Sequence record: PZ496581.1
Length of the DNA: 64,000 bases
Direction: 5' to 3' (one strand)
Origin: a phage
Part shown: in pieces, positions 8,163 through 17,244 of the stretch
Layout: each line of letters begins with the position of its first letter
Position numbering within the stretch: position 1 is the stretch's first letter
Translations under genes and position numbers: made by a program
Notes under the pieces: model-generated
What the model was told of the DNA's origin: nothing
What the model saw: only the letters and a program-made list of their open reading frames with translations
Databases searched by the model: none

Positions 8163-10378
8163 TTATTTGGCCGCTTCCACGGCCTTCATGAATTTAACGA
8201 TTTGAGCGACCTGTTCTTTGGAAAGAGTACCACGTCGTCCCATGTATTCTGACACAATATGATAATTGGTTTCGAATTCAATAACCATTTTATCATCATT
8301 ATCGTAAGCATTATCTTTAAGCTTATCGAAAATTTTAGCGCACAATTCTAACTTCCTGTTCAGGTCTCTGTTATCAGCACCTGCGAATCGATTCCATCCC
8401 CAGCGATTATTTACTGTTGAGAGTTTTGCAAAGTCTTTACTGATTTCTTTGTTCTTAGAGCTAAAATACTTACTAAGGAAGTTAAGCTCTTCGTTACGAG
8501 TAATATGATTCAAATAAGGCTGTGCTCTACGACTTGGTGATACATACTCATCATAATCCACTTTATCAATTAGCGTAATATAGTCGTTAATTGATTTTTC
8601 GAACAAGCATTCTACTTCACCAAGTTTACGAACTTTCTTAGCAATCTGTGGACGGACTACAGTGAACTCTTTAATACCTGACAAATCAGCAATACGGGTC
8701 AAGAAATTGGAGTCATAGTTCAACCAACCTTTATCTGCGTCAAGACATTCAGCATTAGAACGATTACGAACTATAGCATAACCTTGGATTTCATCAGCTT
8801 CACTCGCTGGAATAAAGAGATCTTCCGATACCCAAACATCGTTTTCGTTCTTGAAGAAACGATGGGCACTCGGTGATTTAGGGCGAGGCCCATTAGAACG
8901 AGTCTTGACTTCAATCCATGGCTTAACGATTTGTAAAAGCTCTGAAGTCTTGTACATGTTAATGTTGTCGCCATCAAAGATAACTTTAAGGCGTTCCAGA
9001 AGTTTCATTGCATCTTCGTCTGTAGGGTCAACGAATAGTACGCTTTTACCAAAACCGCGTGGAACTTTACCGGTTAATTTAACCTCGTCTTTAGACATTT
9101 CAATTGAATTAAGAGCTCGCATTAATGGAACGCGTCCCTTAACGTCGTCAATAACAATTTCAACGTTTTTAATGTTAATGCCAATCAGGCTATTAATTGA
9201 AATGGTTGTTGATGAGCTACCACTTTCACGAATACGACGAAGACGAGGGGATTCAACGATATCGTATACGACGCCAAGATTACACCACTCAGGCCCCATT
9301 TTAAAACGTTTGTACAACTCGGAATAAGTTAGTTGTTCTTTAGAGTATTTCAGTGATTCAATATTAGACCCGGCCTTTTCCATGTATTTACGAGCGGTAT
9401 AGCCAAGAGAATCAATTTCACGGAACACATGACGTGGGTATTTACAATCAATCCATTTCTTAGAATCTTCAGCGAACAATTTAGCATCGATTTCTGCAAC
9501 ACGTTTATGGATATTTGCTACTGTACGTTTATCAAATGACAATGCTTCACGAGACGGGGCTACATCTAGTTCACCCATAGGGAATTTAATATAAGCTGTA
9601 GTGCATCGCGTCATCATCCATGTTTGTTCTTTAATAACACTTCCGATTGGATATACAATACCACCATAAACAGCCATGATATTACCACGTTCACCCCATG
9701 GAGCTTCCTTGGCCAAATATACATCGTCAAATTCAGGAAAGTATTTAATATCTTTAACACCACGAACTTCTGCAATATCACCTAGAGGACGCATAACATA
9801 TGCAATTTCAGATGCGAACTTTTCAAAATCTTCTGGGTTAACCGGTACAACTACTTCTACACCCGTACGGTCATCGGGGCCCATCTTATCTACAAAGGTT
9901 GGCTTAATTTGTGGACCTGTGTCATCTTGGTAGATTACGTAACCACGAACTTCACCGTTGTGATAAGACGTAAGGTTAAACGTATCGGTATATGCTAGTG
10001 GAGCTTTAGAGCCGAGTCCGAATCCACCAATGAAATCGTTACTCGATGTTTTAGTTGAAGCAAAATATGAGTTATAGATTCCTGGCTCTTCGTCATTACC
10101 TCGAATGGTGAAATCACTCATACCAGGACCAAAGTCTCGAACTACAAAACGCGGGTCTAAACGACCTGGAGCCTGAACAATAAACTTATCAGTGCAACCA
10201 TTAAGAATTTGTCCATCGATACAGTTTGTGATTAATTCACGTACACAAGCCAATTCTTTGTTTGTATAAAGGTCTCATTAGACAAAATCTTATAAACTTT
10301 GCTATTGCCTTGAATAGTGAATGCTGTGCTCTTACCGCCTGAACCAATAATTGTTTCTTTAGCCGTTTCAATAATCAT
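8163..10378 (-). CDS. rIIA: rIIA protein, reading frame broken near 10271-10276
   Basis: Main 696-codon frame has GHKL N-box (VRELITNCID) but no ATG; rIIA-like N-terminus MIIETAKETIIGSGGKS... starts at 10378 in another frame. Confidence 0.65.
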
Positions 10379-10390
10379 ATTTTTCTCTCA

Positions 10391-10591
10391 TCACAAGTTA
10401 CGTTTAAAAATTTCTGCTACTTCAAGAAGTTCTTCTTTAGTAGCTGTATCGGTTTGTATTTTATATCGAATTTCTTTAAAGCGTTCTTTAAAGGACTCTG
10501 CTGACTCGATATCAAAAAATCTTTGGATAAGCCGGAATTCCCGGAGCACTGCTTTATCAAAAAGTTCCAAGTCCACGTTATATGTTCTCAT
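10391..10591 (-). CDS. hypothetical protein (rIIA.1 position)
   Basis: 66 aa ORF immediately upstream of rIIA. Confidence 0.5.
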   Translation of the reverse strand: MRTYNVDLELFDKAVLREFRLIQRFFDIESAESFKERFKEIRYKIQTDTATKEELLEVAEIFKRNL

Positions 10592-10683
10592 AATATTCTC
10601 TTCAGTAGATTCCTAGGGCACTATTACTAAAGACCATATAATCTATCATCTTATGTGTAATAGTGTCTCAGGCTATTCAGGAT

Positions 10684-11784
10684 TTACGCTGTGAAGATTT
10701 TATCCCACATCGCAACAACTGCATCTCGGTTATACTTCTTCCATACTGCTTCAGCACGTTTAACTCGAGCTTCGTATGTGTCAGTGAATTCTAATACAGC
10801 TTTTGTGTAAAGCGCAACTACTTCTTTCTTAGGAGTAGAGGAATCAATTTCTACACGCACAGTATCTGGGTCATATTCGAATGTCGCGTGCGGATAATCC
10901 TTAAAAACTAACTGGATTACAGGGACACCTTTAGAGATGGCTTCAATAGAACTATTCTCTACCGTACCTGTGTCAGGACATGTATTAATAAGTGCTTTAG
11001 CTGTTTTAAGACGTTCCATGATTTCACTGTGTGGAGCATCAATAATAACAGGATATTTAGCTGGTGGTGCCCATTTGCTTGGACAATAACCAATACCATT
11101 TTCGCCTAGTGCTTTAATTGCTTCAAGAGCAACATCAGTGCGACGCATTTTAGTGTCATAACGTTGAGCACTAATAATCAAATCAGTTGCTGGGAGAACT
11201 TCTGGCTTTTCAGTCAAACAAATAACCGGATAATCTTCGGCTTCAAACAACGGATTTGCTCGCCAATAATCATAATCAATTTTGTCAGTCAGACCTGAAG
11301 TCATATAACAATATTTGCGTTCAAATTCACGGAAGGCTTTAGTAGGAGCATAACTCTTACCACCATTCTTATGAATTTGAATAGTCTGGTCCCAAATTTG
11401 AACAATGCCACGAGATACCGGTTCAAATGGTGTTGCCATAAAATTCTTATGAACTTTAGAGAGACCTGCGTCTTTAATTGCCTGAACGGTTAGTTTAGTC
11501 GGTTCCATAGTAACAACAAAATCGTATTCATGGATGCCGGCTAGTTCAACAATCTTACGAGCCATAGTATAACTCATACCTAGACTGAATTTAGTCAGAT
11601 GACCAACAGGATGGTGTGTAACTTTCCAGTCACCAAACGTGTCATTATCAAAGCCGATATAATCAATATCAGCACCGATGGACACAAGATATTTCAACAC
11701 ATTTAAATGTACTGCTTCAAGACCACCTTGTACACGGTCAGGATTAAATGGGACTGCACGAGATGGGATAAACATAACTTTCAT
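10684..11784 (-). CDS. GT-B-type glycosyltransferase candidate
   Basis: 366 aa; N-terminus MKVMFIPSRAVPFNPDRVQGGLEAVHLNVLKYL and C-terminal TCPDTGTVENSSIEAISKGVPVI resemble GT-B (GT4-like) signatures. Confidence 0.5.
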   Translation of the reverse strand: MKVMFIPSRAVPFNPDRVQGGLEAVHLNVLKYLVSIGADIDYIGFDNDTFGDWKVTHHPVGHLTKFSLGMSYTMARKIVELAGIHEYDFVVTMEPTKLTVQAIKDAGLSKVHKNFMATPFEPVSRGIVQIWDQTIQIHKNGGKSYAPTKAFREFERKYCYMTSGLTDKIDYDYWRANPLFEAEDYPVICLTEKPEVLPATDLIISAQRYDTKMRRTDVALEAIKALGENGIGYCPSKWAPPAKYPVIIDAPHSEIMERLKTAKALINTCPDTGTVENSSIEAISKGVPVIQLVFKDYPHATFEYDPDTVRVEIDSSTPKKEVVALYTKAVLEFTDTYEARVKRAEAVWKKYNRDAVVAMWDKIFTA

Positions 11785-11804
11785 AATTAAGCCTTATTAA
11801 AATT

Positions 11805-11827
11805 AAAATGAAGCTCCCGAAGGAGCT
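11805..11827 (-). terminator. possible terminator after gene 39
   Basis: AGCUCC-UUCG-GGAGCU hairpin overlapping stop, then U-rich tract. Confidence 0.45.
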
Positions 11828-13644
11828 TAGGACATCCATTCTTTACGAAGTTCTGAATCATCACCCATCAACATTTCAAAGAGTTCTTTCCAATTTTCAG
11901 GAAGTTTAACTACGTCGTACACAGGGTTCTGAATCATTTCACGATATTCTGACTTTTCAAGGGAGCCTAATCCCTTGATGTATCGAATACTATGCTTAGG
12001 CAGTGTATCTTTAACTTCTTCATACTCAGCTACAGTATAAAACCATTTTTGAGTTTTGCCAATTTGTGCAATAATTACAGGCGTTTTAACAAAGCGAATA
12101 CGTCCTTGTTCAAACAATTCAGGCCAATTACTAAAGAAAGCAAGCAAAGCCGGATAGATACTTCCAAGACCGTCGTGATCTGCATCAGTCATAATTGCAA
12201 TATTACGATAGTTCGTATTCTCTGCCTTTTCACCAAGAATAAGACCTGTGATAGCACAGATATCAAAGAGCTCTTTGTTCTTCATCATATCAGCATATGA
12301 CATACCCCAGCTATTCATCACCTTACCACGTAATGGGAATCCGCCGTGTAGTTCACGGTCACGAACATCAATGAGATAACCAATTGCCGAATCACCTTCT
12401 GTTAAAAACAATGTCGTATCTGCATCTTTACCACATTGGTTAGCTTTAATATGCTTATGAACCTTAGCTTTAGTCGCCTTTTTAGCTGCTTTAGTTTCTG
12501 CAGCCTTTTCTGCTGCCAATTTACGAGCTAATGCTGCTTCAACAATAGGCATAATCAAGGCTTCGTTTTTAAGAAGTGCCTGAGCAATTTTCTTAGCATC
12601 TAATTGGATATGATTACGAATATCACCATACGTTGACGTTAAACGTTCTTTAGTCTGAGAATCAAAACGCATGTTGCTCATGTCTCTAATAAACATCAAC
12701 ATTGTGAGGCATTCTTTAACACGAGCTTTAGTGACTTCAATACCCTTATATTTCTTTTTAATACCCGGCAAAAGATGTTCACAGATATCATCCATTACAC
12801 ATTCAACATGATGGCCACCATTTTTAGTATGGATGTTATTCACATAAGTTAAATGACGGAAGCCATCTGGTGATGTTGTGAATGCTATAGAGACTTTATC
12901 ATTTTCTTGAATGATGTTATCTTCACCGAATTGTTTAGCAAATCGTTTAAAATTACCATCAACCTTTTTACCATTAAATGTGAACTTGATATCAGGATAA
13001 ACGACTGCCAATGTTTGAAGTCGGTCTAAAGTAATATCTAAATAAATTTGAGATAAATTATGCTCTTCAAATGAAGTGAAATCAGGAGTGAAGATTACTT
13101 TAGTGCCTTTACCTTTAGATTTCTTAGAAGACCATGATTTGTTTTCCATTCCGTTTGAACAGTTAACAGTGATTTCATTTTCGCCATCTGATGTGATGCC
13201 TGTAAACAACGTAGAGAAGATATTAGTTAAACTACTCCCGACGCCGTTCATACCACCAGTCTTGCGTTCAGAGTCATCACCAAAGTTACCACCAGCCTTT
13301 GGAATAGTCCAGGCTGCTACAGGCCCAGGAATTTGTTCACCCGTTTGGTCGGTAACTAAACCTTGAGGAATACCACGTCCGTTATCTTCCACCGAAACTT
13401 GATTATTTTTAATTTGCACATCAATTTTATTTGCAAACTTAAATGATGTACGAATAGCTTCATCAACCGAGTTGTCAATAATCTCATCGATTAATTTAAC
13501 CAGGCCAGGAACATATTCAACTTGTTGATATTTACCAAACAAAAAACGCTCATGTGCTTCTTTAGCCGAAGAACCAATATACATACCACTACGTTTCTTA
13601 ATATGTTCTACATCTGACAATACCTTAATTTCATTTTTAATCAT
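11827..13644 (-). CDS. 39: DNA topoisomerase II large subunit (GyrB-like), 39 and 60 equivalents fused
   Basis: 605 aa continuous ORF; GHKL ATPase N-terminus, TOPRIM region; no split or bypass element. Confidence 0.9.
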   Translation of the reverse strand: MIKNEIKVLSDVEHIKKRSGMYIGSSAKEAHERFLFGKYQQVEYVPGLVKLIDEIIDNSVDEAIRTSFKFANKIDVQIKNNQVSVEDNGRGIPQGLVTDQTGEQIPGPVAAWTIPKAGGNFGDDSERKTGGMNGVGSSLTNIFSTLFTGITSDGENEITVNCSNGMENKSWSSKKSKGKGTKVIFTPDFTSFEEHNLSQIYLDITLDRLQTLAVVYPDIKFTFNGKKVDGNFKRFAKQFGEDNIIQENDKVSIAFTTSPDGFRHLTYVNNIHTKNGGHHVECVMDDICEHLLPGIKKKYKGIEVTKARVKECLTMLMFIRDMSNMRFDSQTKERLTSTYGDIRNHIQLDAKKIAQALLKNEALIMPIVEAALARKLAAEKAAETKAAKKATKAKVHKHIKANQCGKDADTTLFLTEGDSAIGYLIDVRDRELHGGFPLRGKVMNSWGMSYADMMKNKELFDICAITGLILGEKAENTNYRNIAIMTDADHDGLGSIYPALLAFFSNWPELFEQGRIRFVKTPVIIAQIGKTQKWFYTVAEYEEVKDTLPKHSIRYIKGLGSLEKSEYREMIQNPVYDVVKLPENWKELFEMLMGDDSELRKEWMS

Positions 13645-13684
13645 GTTGTCTCCTCGTTATGAAGGTATTCTATCATCCAAAATC

Positions 13685-13710
13685 TAAAGCAAAAAGGGCC
13701 TAAGCCCTTA
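13685..13710 (-). terminator. rho-independent terminator
   Basis: AGGGC-UUAG-GCCCU hairpin then UUUUUGCUUU. Confidence 0.55.
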
Positions 13711-14134
13711 TTTAAATTTAATTTTCTGAAGTGCATCAATTGCAGCCAAACGCCCTTGTTCACTTTTAACTGTAATGACCACATCGCCTGATACGATCAC
13801 CGAACCATCAACAAATTCTATAGAGCCCTTTTTTGAAATCGACAGCTGTATCTGGTTCCGGAACTTCTTCAAAGAATTTAAATTCTGCACCATAAAGCAG
13901 AATATCACCTTGCATACTATGAATAGTTCGGCCATAATCGCCTACGGCTTCTACAGCAATCATCGAAACACCGTAACCAATCATCTCTTCCACAATAAAA
14001 TCTTTGGACAATAAAGTAGTATGCAGATTAGTATTAAGACGTTTACCAGTCGTATTAAGAATTCTCAAGAAATTATCTTCCTGTCCTTTGATAATACGAT
14101 ATTTCTTACCAACTTCAAAACCTTTAAAAGCCAT
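13708..14134 (-). CDS. hypothetical protein with apparent frame break
   Basis: Two overlapping ORFs whose protein-like parts join across a T6 run at 13829..13834. Confidence 0.4.
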
Positions 14135-14136
14135 AA

Positions 14137-14316
14137 TTAACCCTTCTTAAGTAAGTCGTAAAAACCACCGTTCACATGTTTAGGAGCAGAAACCCGACGA
14201 GTAGACAGACGATGACATTCAGGGCAAACATCGTTTTCTCGTTCAGAAATTCTTTTAATTTTTTCATATTCATGACCACAATCTTCAGATTGACATTTAT
14301 AGTCGTATAACGGCAT
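14137..14316 (-). CDS. zinc-ribbon protein (FmdB-like)
   Basis: Hand-translated 59 aa [18 protein letters not shown]...CPECHRLSTRR; TAATG overlaps with both neighbours. Confidence 0.45.
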   Translation of the reverse strand: MPLYDYKCQSEDCGHEYEKIKRISERENDVCPECHRLSTRRVSAPKHVNGGFYDLLKKG

Positions 14317-14729
14317 TATTGTTCCTTAAAGTGAGCTTTCAACATTTGATACAAAGACCATGCCTGGTCGTTATTTTCGATAGTAATCGTCATCACCGGA
14401 AATTCAGACAATTCGTCAAGTTCACCAGAATCTTGCTCTTTAGACTCTTGATATGGATTTCCAACTTCGTCAAAGAACTCTGCTTCATTCGTGGAGAGCC
14501 AGATAAAGTTTTCATCAAGGATATCACCGCCTGTTGCGTATCCAACCATGCCAGTAGATGTCACAATTTTAGTAGGACGACCAAGATGGTCAACATCTAA
14601 TACTTTAAATGGTTCCATGCCAAGACGTCGTGCATAAATCCCATTATCAGTGTGGTCTTTAATAAACTCTTCTTGGGCACGTTTATCTTTAAATTGGTAC
14701 CATGAGTTAACGCGGAATTTATTAGCCAT
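14316..14729 (-). CDS. hypothetical protein
   Basis: ORF trimmed to ATG ([11 protein letters not shown]...). Confidence 0.5.
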   Translation of the reverse strand: MANKFRVNSWYQFKDKRAQEEFIKDHTDNGIYARRLGMEPFKVLDVDHLGRPTKIVTSTGMVGYATGGDILDENFIWLSTNEAEFFDEVGNPYQESKEQDSGELDELSEFPVMTITIENNDQAWSLYQMLKAHFKEQ

Positions 14730-15001
14730 TAGTAAGTTTCCTTCCAATAAGTTGTACCGTTTTCAGTGATTTCACGGAAGATACCATAGATAGGCATTTC
14801 ATCGCCGAGTTTTTCGTAAACGTAAACCACTTCAGTGTAGCATAAAAATTCGGTCCAGTTTTTCTGTACAACAACTAAATCAGGATTAAACAGAACATCT
14901 TCAAACTCATCGATGTTTGAATCAGTAGTTACGTTTTTAATGATTTGACGTTTCATAATATTCTCCTCTTGTTTTGATAGGTCTATAGTATCATAGACCA
15001 T
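14729..15001 (-). CDS. hypothetical protein
   Basis: 90 aa ORF with early promoter upstream. Confidence 0.5.
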   Translation of the reverse strand: MVYDTIDLSKQEENIMKRQIIKNVTTDSNIDEFEDVLFNPDLVVVQKNWTEFLCYTEVVYVYEKLGDEMPIYGIFREITENGTTYWKETY

Positions 15002-15016
15002 AGTTGTTGTACATCA
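14983..15016 (-). promoter_or_regulatory. sigma70-type early promoter in stem-loop
   Basis: TGTACA-like -35, TACTAT -10; GGTCTAT...ATAGACC inverted repeat. Confidence 0.45.
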
Positions 15017-15538
15017 TTTTAGCAAAATAAAATCAACTTGTTCTGCCAATGAACGTCTGAACATTGATTGACAACTTCCGAGTATGAAATCAGGTGCTTC
15101 ATAGACCGCGATGTAGTATCCTTTAGCTTTCAAGAGTTCAACATCCACCTGGTCATCAAACCATGCATAAACCGCGTCAACACTTTCAAATCCAAAATAG
15201 AACCCTTGAGCCCAATCTTCACTCAATTCAAATGTGTGCTCAATTCTATAGTATCTTAAGATATTTTGTTCAAGGAGTTTGTCTTCATTTACTGTAGGAC
15301 GATTAGGGACGTTATAGTTGTCGCCGTGATGGTAGAAATTACCTGAGATTATTCCATGTTTATCAAGGAACTCCCATGTTTCTTCAGAGTTGTCGGTGCC
15401 CGACCAACCGTATGGTGAGCGAGGTTCTTTATTCCAAGAGGTTTCCCAAATTCTGACGGCTTTACCGTCTTCGATAGCAATTCCTGGTAATGATTCACGT
15501 TGAGTACAAAAACTACGTTCTACGCGGTAAACTAACAT
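15014..15538 (-). CDS. hypothetical protein
   Basis: 174 aa ORF with early promoter upstream. Confidence 0.5.
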   Translation of the reverse strand: MLVYRVERSFCTQRESLPGIAIEDGKAVRIWETSWNKEPRSPYGWSGTDNSEETWEFLDKHGIISGNFYHHGDNYNVPNRPTVNEDKLLEQNILRYYRIEHTFELSEDWAQGFYFGFESVDAVYAWFDDQVDVELLKAKGYYIAVYEAPDFILGSCQSMFRRSLAEQVDFILLK

Positions 15539-15562
15539 ATTATTCTCCTCTGGTTGATATGG

Positions 15563-15593
15563 TTATAATACCAAAACCAGAGGAGAAGTAAAC
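15563..15593 (-). promoter_or_regulatory. sigma70-type early promoter in stem-loop
   Basis: GTTTAC - 17 nt - TATTAT; CTCCTCTGGTT...AACCAGAGGAG. Confidence 0.55.
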
Positions 15594-15597
15594 AACT

Positions 15598-16017
15598 TTA
15601 TGCGAAAGCAGCTGGGCTATATTTTTTAATTTGGAATTCAGGAACTACCATGAACTGTCCAGCGAAAACGATGTTATAAAGCTTAACACCATCTTCTACC
15701 CAACGGTCGCTAATAAATCCAGCGATTTGCTTAGTTTTCCACGGTGTTCCATCAGTTGCCGCAGCAATAGTGAATTCATGGTCTTTTTCAACAGAAACTG
15801 ATCTGCATAGTCCCCATTTGAACGCTTTTTCTTCTGGTTCAATGAATTGGCTTGAGACATAACCAATGTTACCATCAGCGTCACGAACTTTAACTTCGTT
15901 ACGTCCAAAAACCGGATCACTCACAGAAAGAACTTCAACCAACTTCCCGGCAACTTTAGAGCGAGAAGCAACGGATACATATACATAATCACCTGTAGAG
16001 AGATTTACAATATTCAT
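15598..16017 (-). CDS. hypothetical protein, tandem paralog A
   Basis: 139 aa; shares SRSKxAGKLVEV, FKWxLC, GFISDxWVEDGxKLYNIVF with adjacent ORF. Confidence 0.5.
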   Translation of the reverse strand: MNIVNLSTGDYVYVSVASRSKVAGKLVEVLSVSDPVFGRNEVKVRDADGNIGYVSSQFIEPEEKAFKWGLCRSVSVEKDHEFTIAAATDGTPWKTKQIAGFISDRWVEDGVKLYNIVFAGQFMVVPEFQIKKYSPAAFA

Positions 16018-16026
16018 AATAATTCC

Positions 16027-16491
16027 TTAAGCTTTACGAGGAGACACATAGCGAGTGATTTCAGATTCTTTAACAACTCGGAAGTCACCTAAGAATACGA
16101 TATTGTATAACTTTTCACCATCTTCAACCCATTGGTCACTAATGAAGCCACACATAGTATCAGTTTTGCTTGGATAACCGTATTCGTCGATGTAATCAAA
16201 TTCTTTATCGGTTATAAATTCAACGCCTTTGCAAAGGGCCCATTTGAACTGTGTAGTAGGCTCAACGATATCGCTTGAAGCAAAGTGGGCACTTACACGA
16301 GTTTCCAAAAATTTAGGACTTACGTAAGCGTACTGAGTTTCAGTTTTTCCAGAACTAGGAATGATTCGAACTTTAACTTCTTTAATACGGCCCATGCCAT
16401 TAGTACGAAGTCCTACTACTTCAACCAGCTTTCCTGCAGCTTTAGAACGAGACGCTGTCGATACACGTTTAATTTCACCAATATTAATCAT
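16027..16491 (-). CDS. hypothetical protein, tandem paralog B
   Basis: 154 aa; paralog of 15598..16017. Confidence 0.5.
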   Translation of the reverse strand: MINIGEIKRVSTASRSKAAGKLVEVVGLRTNGMGRIKEVKVRIIPSSGKTETQYAYVSPKFLETRVSAHFASSDIVEPTTQFKWALCKGVEFITDKEFDYIDEYGYPSKTDTMCGFISDQWVEDGEKLYNIVFLGDFRVVKESEITRYVSPRKA

Positions 16492-16520
16492 ATTTTTTTC
16501 TCTCTTTGTTTAAGATAGAT

Positions 16521-16552
16521 TCATTATACTCCAACCATCCTTGGTTGTAAAC
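16521..16552 (-). promoter_or_regulatory. sigma70-type early promoter, repeated cassette copy 1
   Basis: GTTTAC - 18 nt - TATAAT; ttcattatactccaaccatccttggttgtaaac also at ~57981 and ~59001. Confidence 0.6.
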
Positions 16553-16557
16553 TGGTT

Positions 16558-17235
16558 TTATCGCTGTTTTACACTTAACGGGTCAGGATTCTCAGGGACA
16601 TCTTCAAGGCCAAGCGCATAACGCTGAGCATATTTTAACATCAAAATATCTTTAGCACAATCATGAATACTATCATGGGCAACGAATCCTTTTAGCGTAC
16701 CCATCGGTAATGGACACATACTTAATCCTCGTGTCAAAGAGTAAGCTTCGATTGCCGTACGAATATCACGTTGAGCCCAGAATTTAACAGGTTCTAATTT
16801 ATCAGTATCAATATCTGGTTCAAGAACACCTTCATCACGATAGAGGTCACGAATCAAATCGACCAAGATCGGGAAGTCAAAGCTCATACCACGGCACCAC
16901 ATCTGTGATTTCCATTGGTCAACTTTATTAGCTCGGCAATAGTCTAAAAAGATTTTAATGCCTTCAAGCGTAGTGACATCGTCTTCAGACGGAGCCAAGT
17001 TTTTACGCGCTTCAACCGATTGTTCTTTCCACCATTTCATAGTTGATTTAGCGAAAACTCGCTTCCCTTTCTGAGAAGCTAAATTAAATTTAATTCGCTT
17101 ACCTCGTTGAACAAGTTCTTCAAATGATTCAACAACTTCAGGGTCGGAATTATATGCAATAACCGCAAGGTCAATAACAGCCGCTTTTGATGTATTGCCG
17201 AATGTTTCAAAATCTATAATAACATCAGTGCTCAT
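16558..17235 (-). CDS. dexA: exonuclease A (DEDD 3'-5' exonuclease)
   Basis: 225 aa; IIDFETFG exo motif; T4 DexA size and position next to dda. Confidence 0.85.
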   Translation of the reverse strand: MSTDVIIDFETFGNTSKAAVIDLAVIAYNSDPEVVESFEELVQRGKRIKFNLASQKGKRVFAKSTMKWWKEQSVEARKNLAPSEDDVTTLEGIKIFLDYCRANKVDQWKSQMWCRGMSFDFPILVDLIRDLYRDEGVLEPDIDTDKLEPVKFWAQRDIRTAIEAYSLTRGLSMCPLPMGTLKGFVAHDSIHDCAKDILMLKYAQRYALGLEDVPENPDPLSVKQR

Positions 17236-17244
17236 AATTTTCTC

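Noticed and set aside
8851-9327. 158-aa plus-strand ORF
   Set aside because: Antisense inside rIIA; no start context.
11827-13644. Gene 60 translational bypass or split 39/60
   Set aside because: Single continuous 605-codon ORF; no 50-nt gap or take-off/landing codon arrangement.
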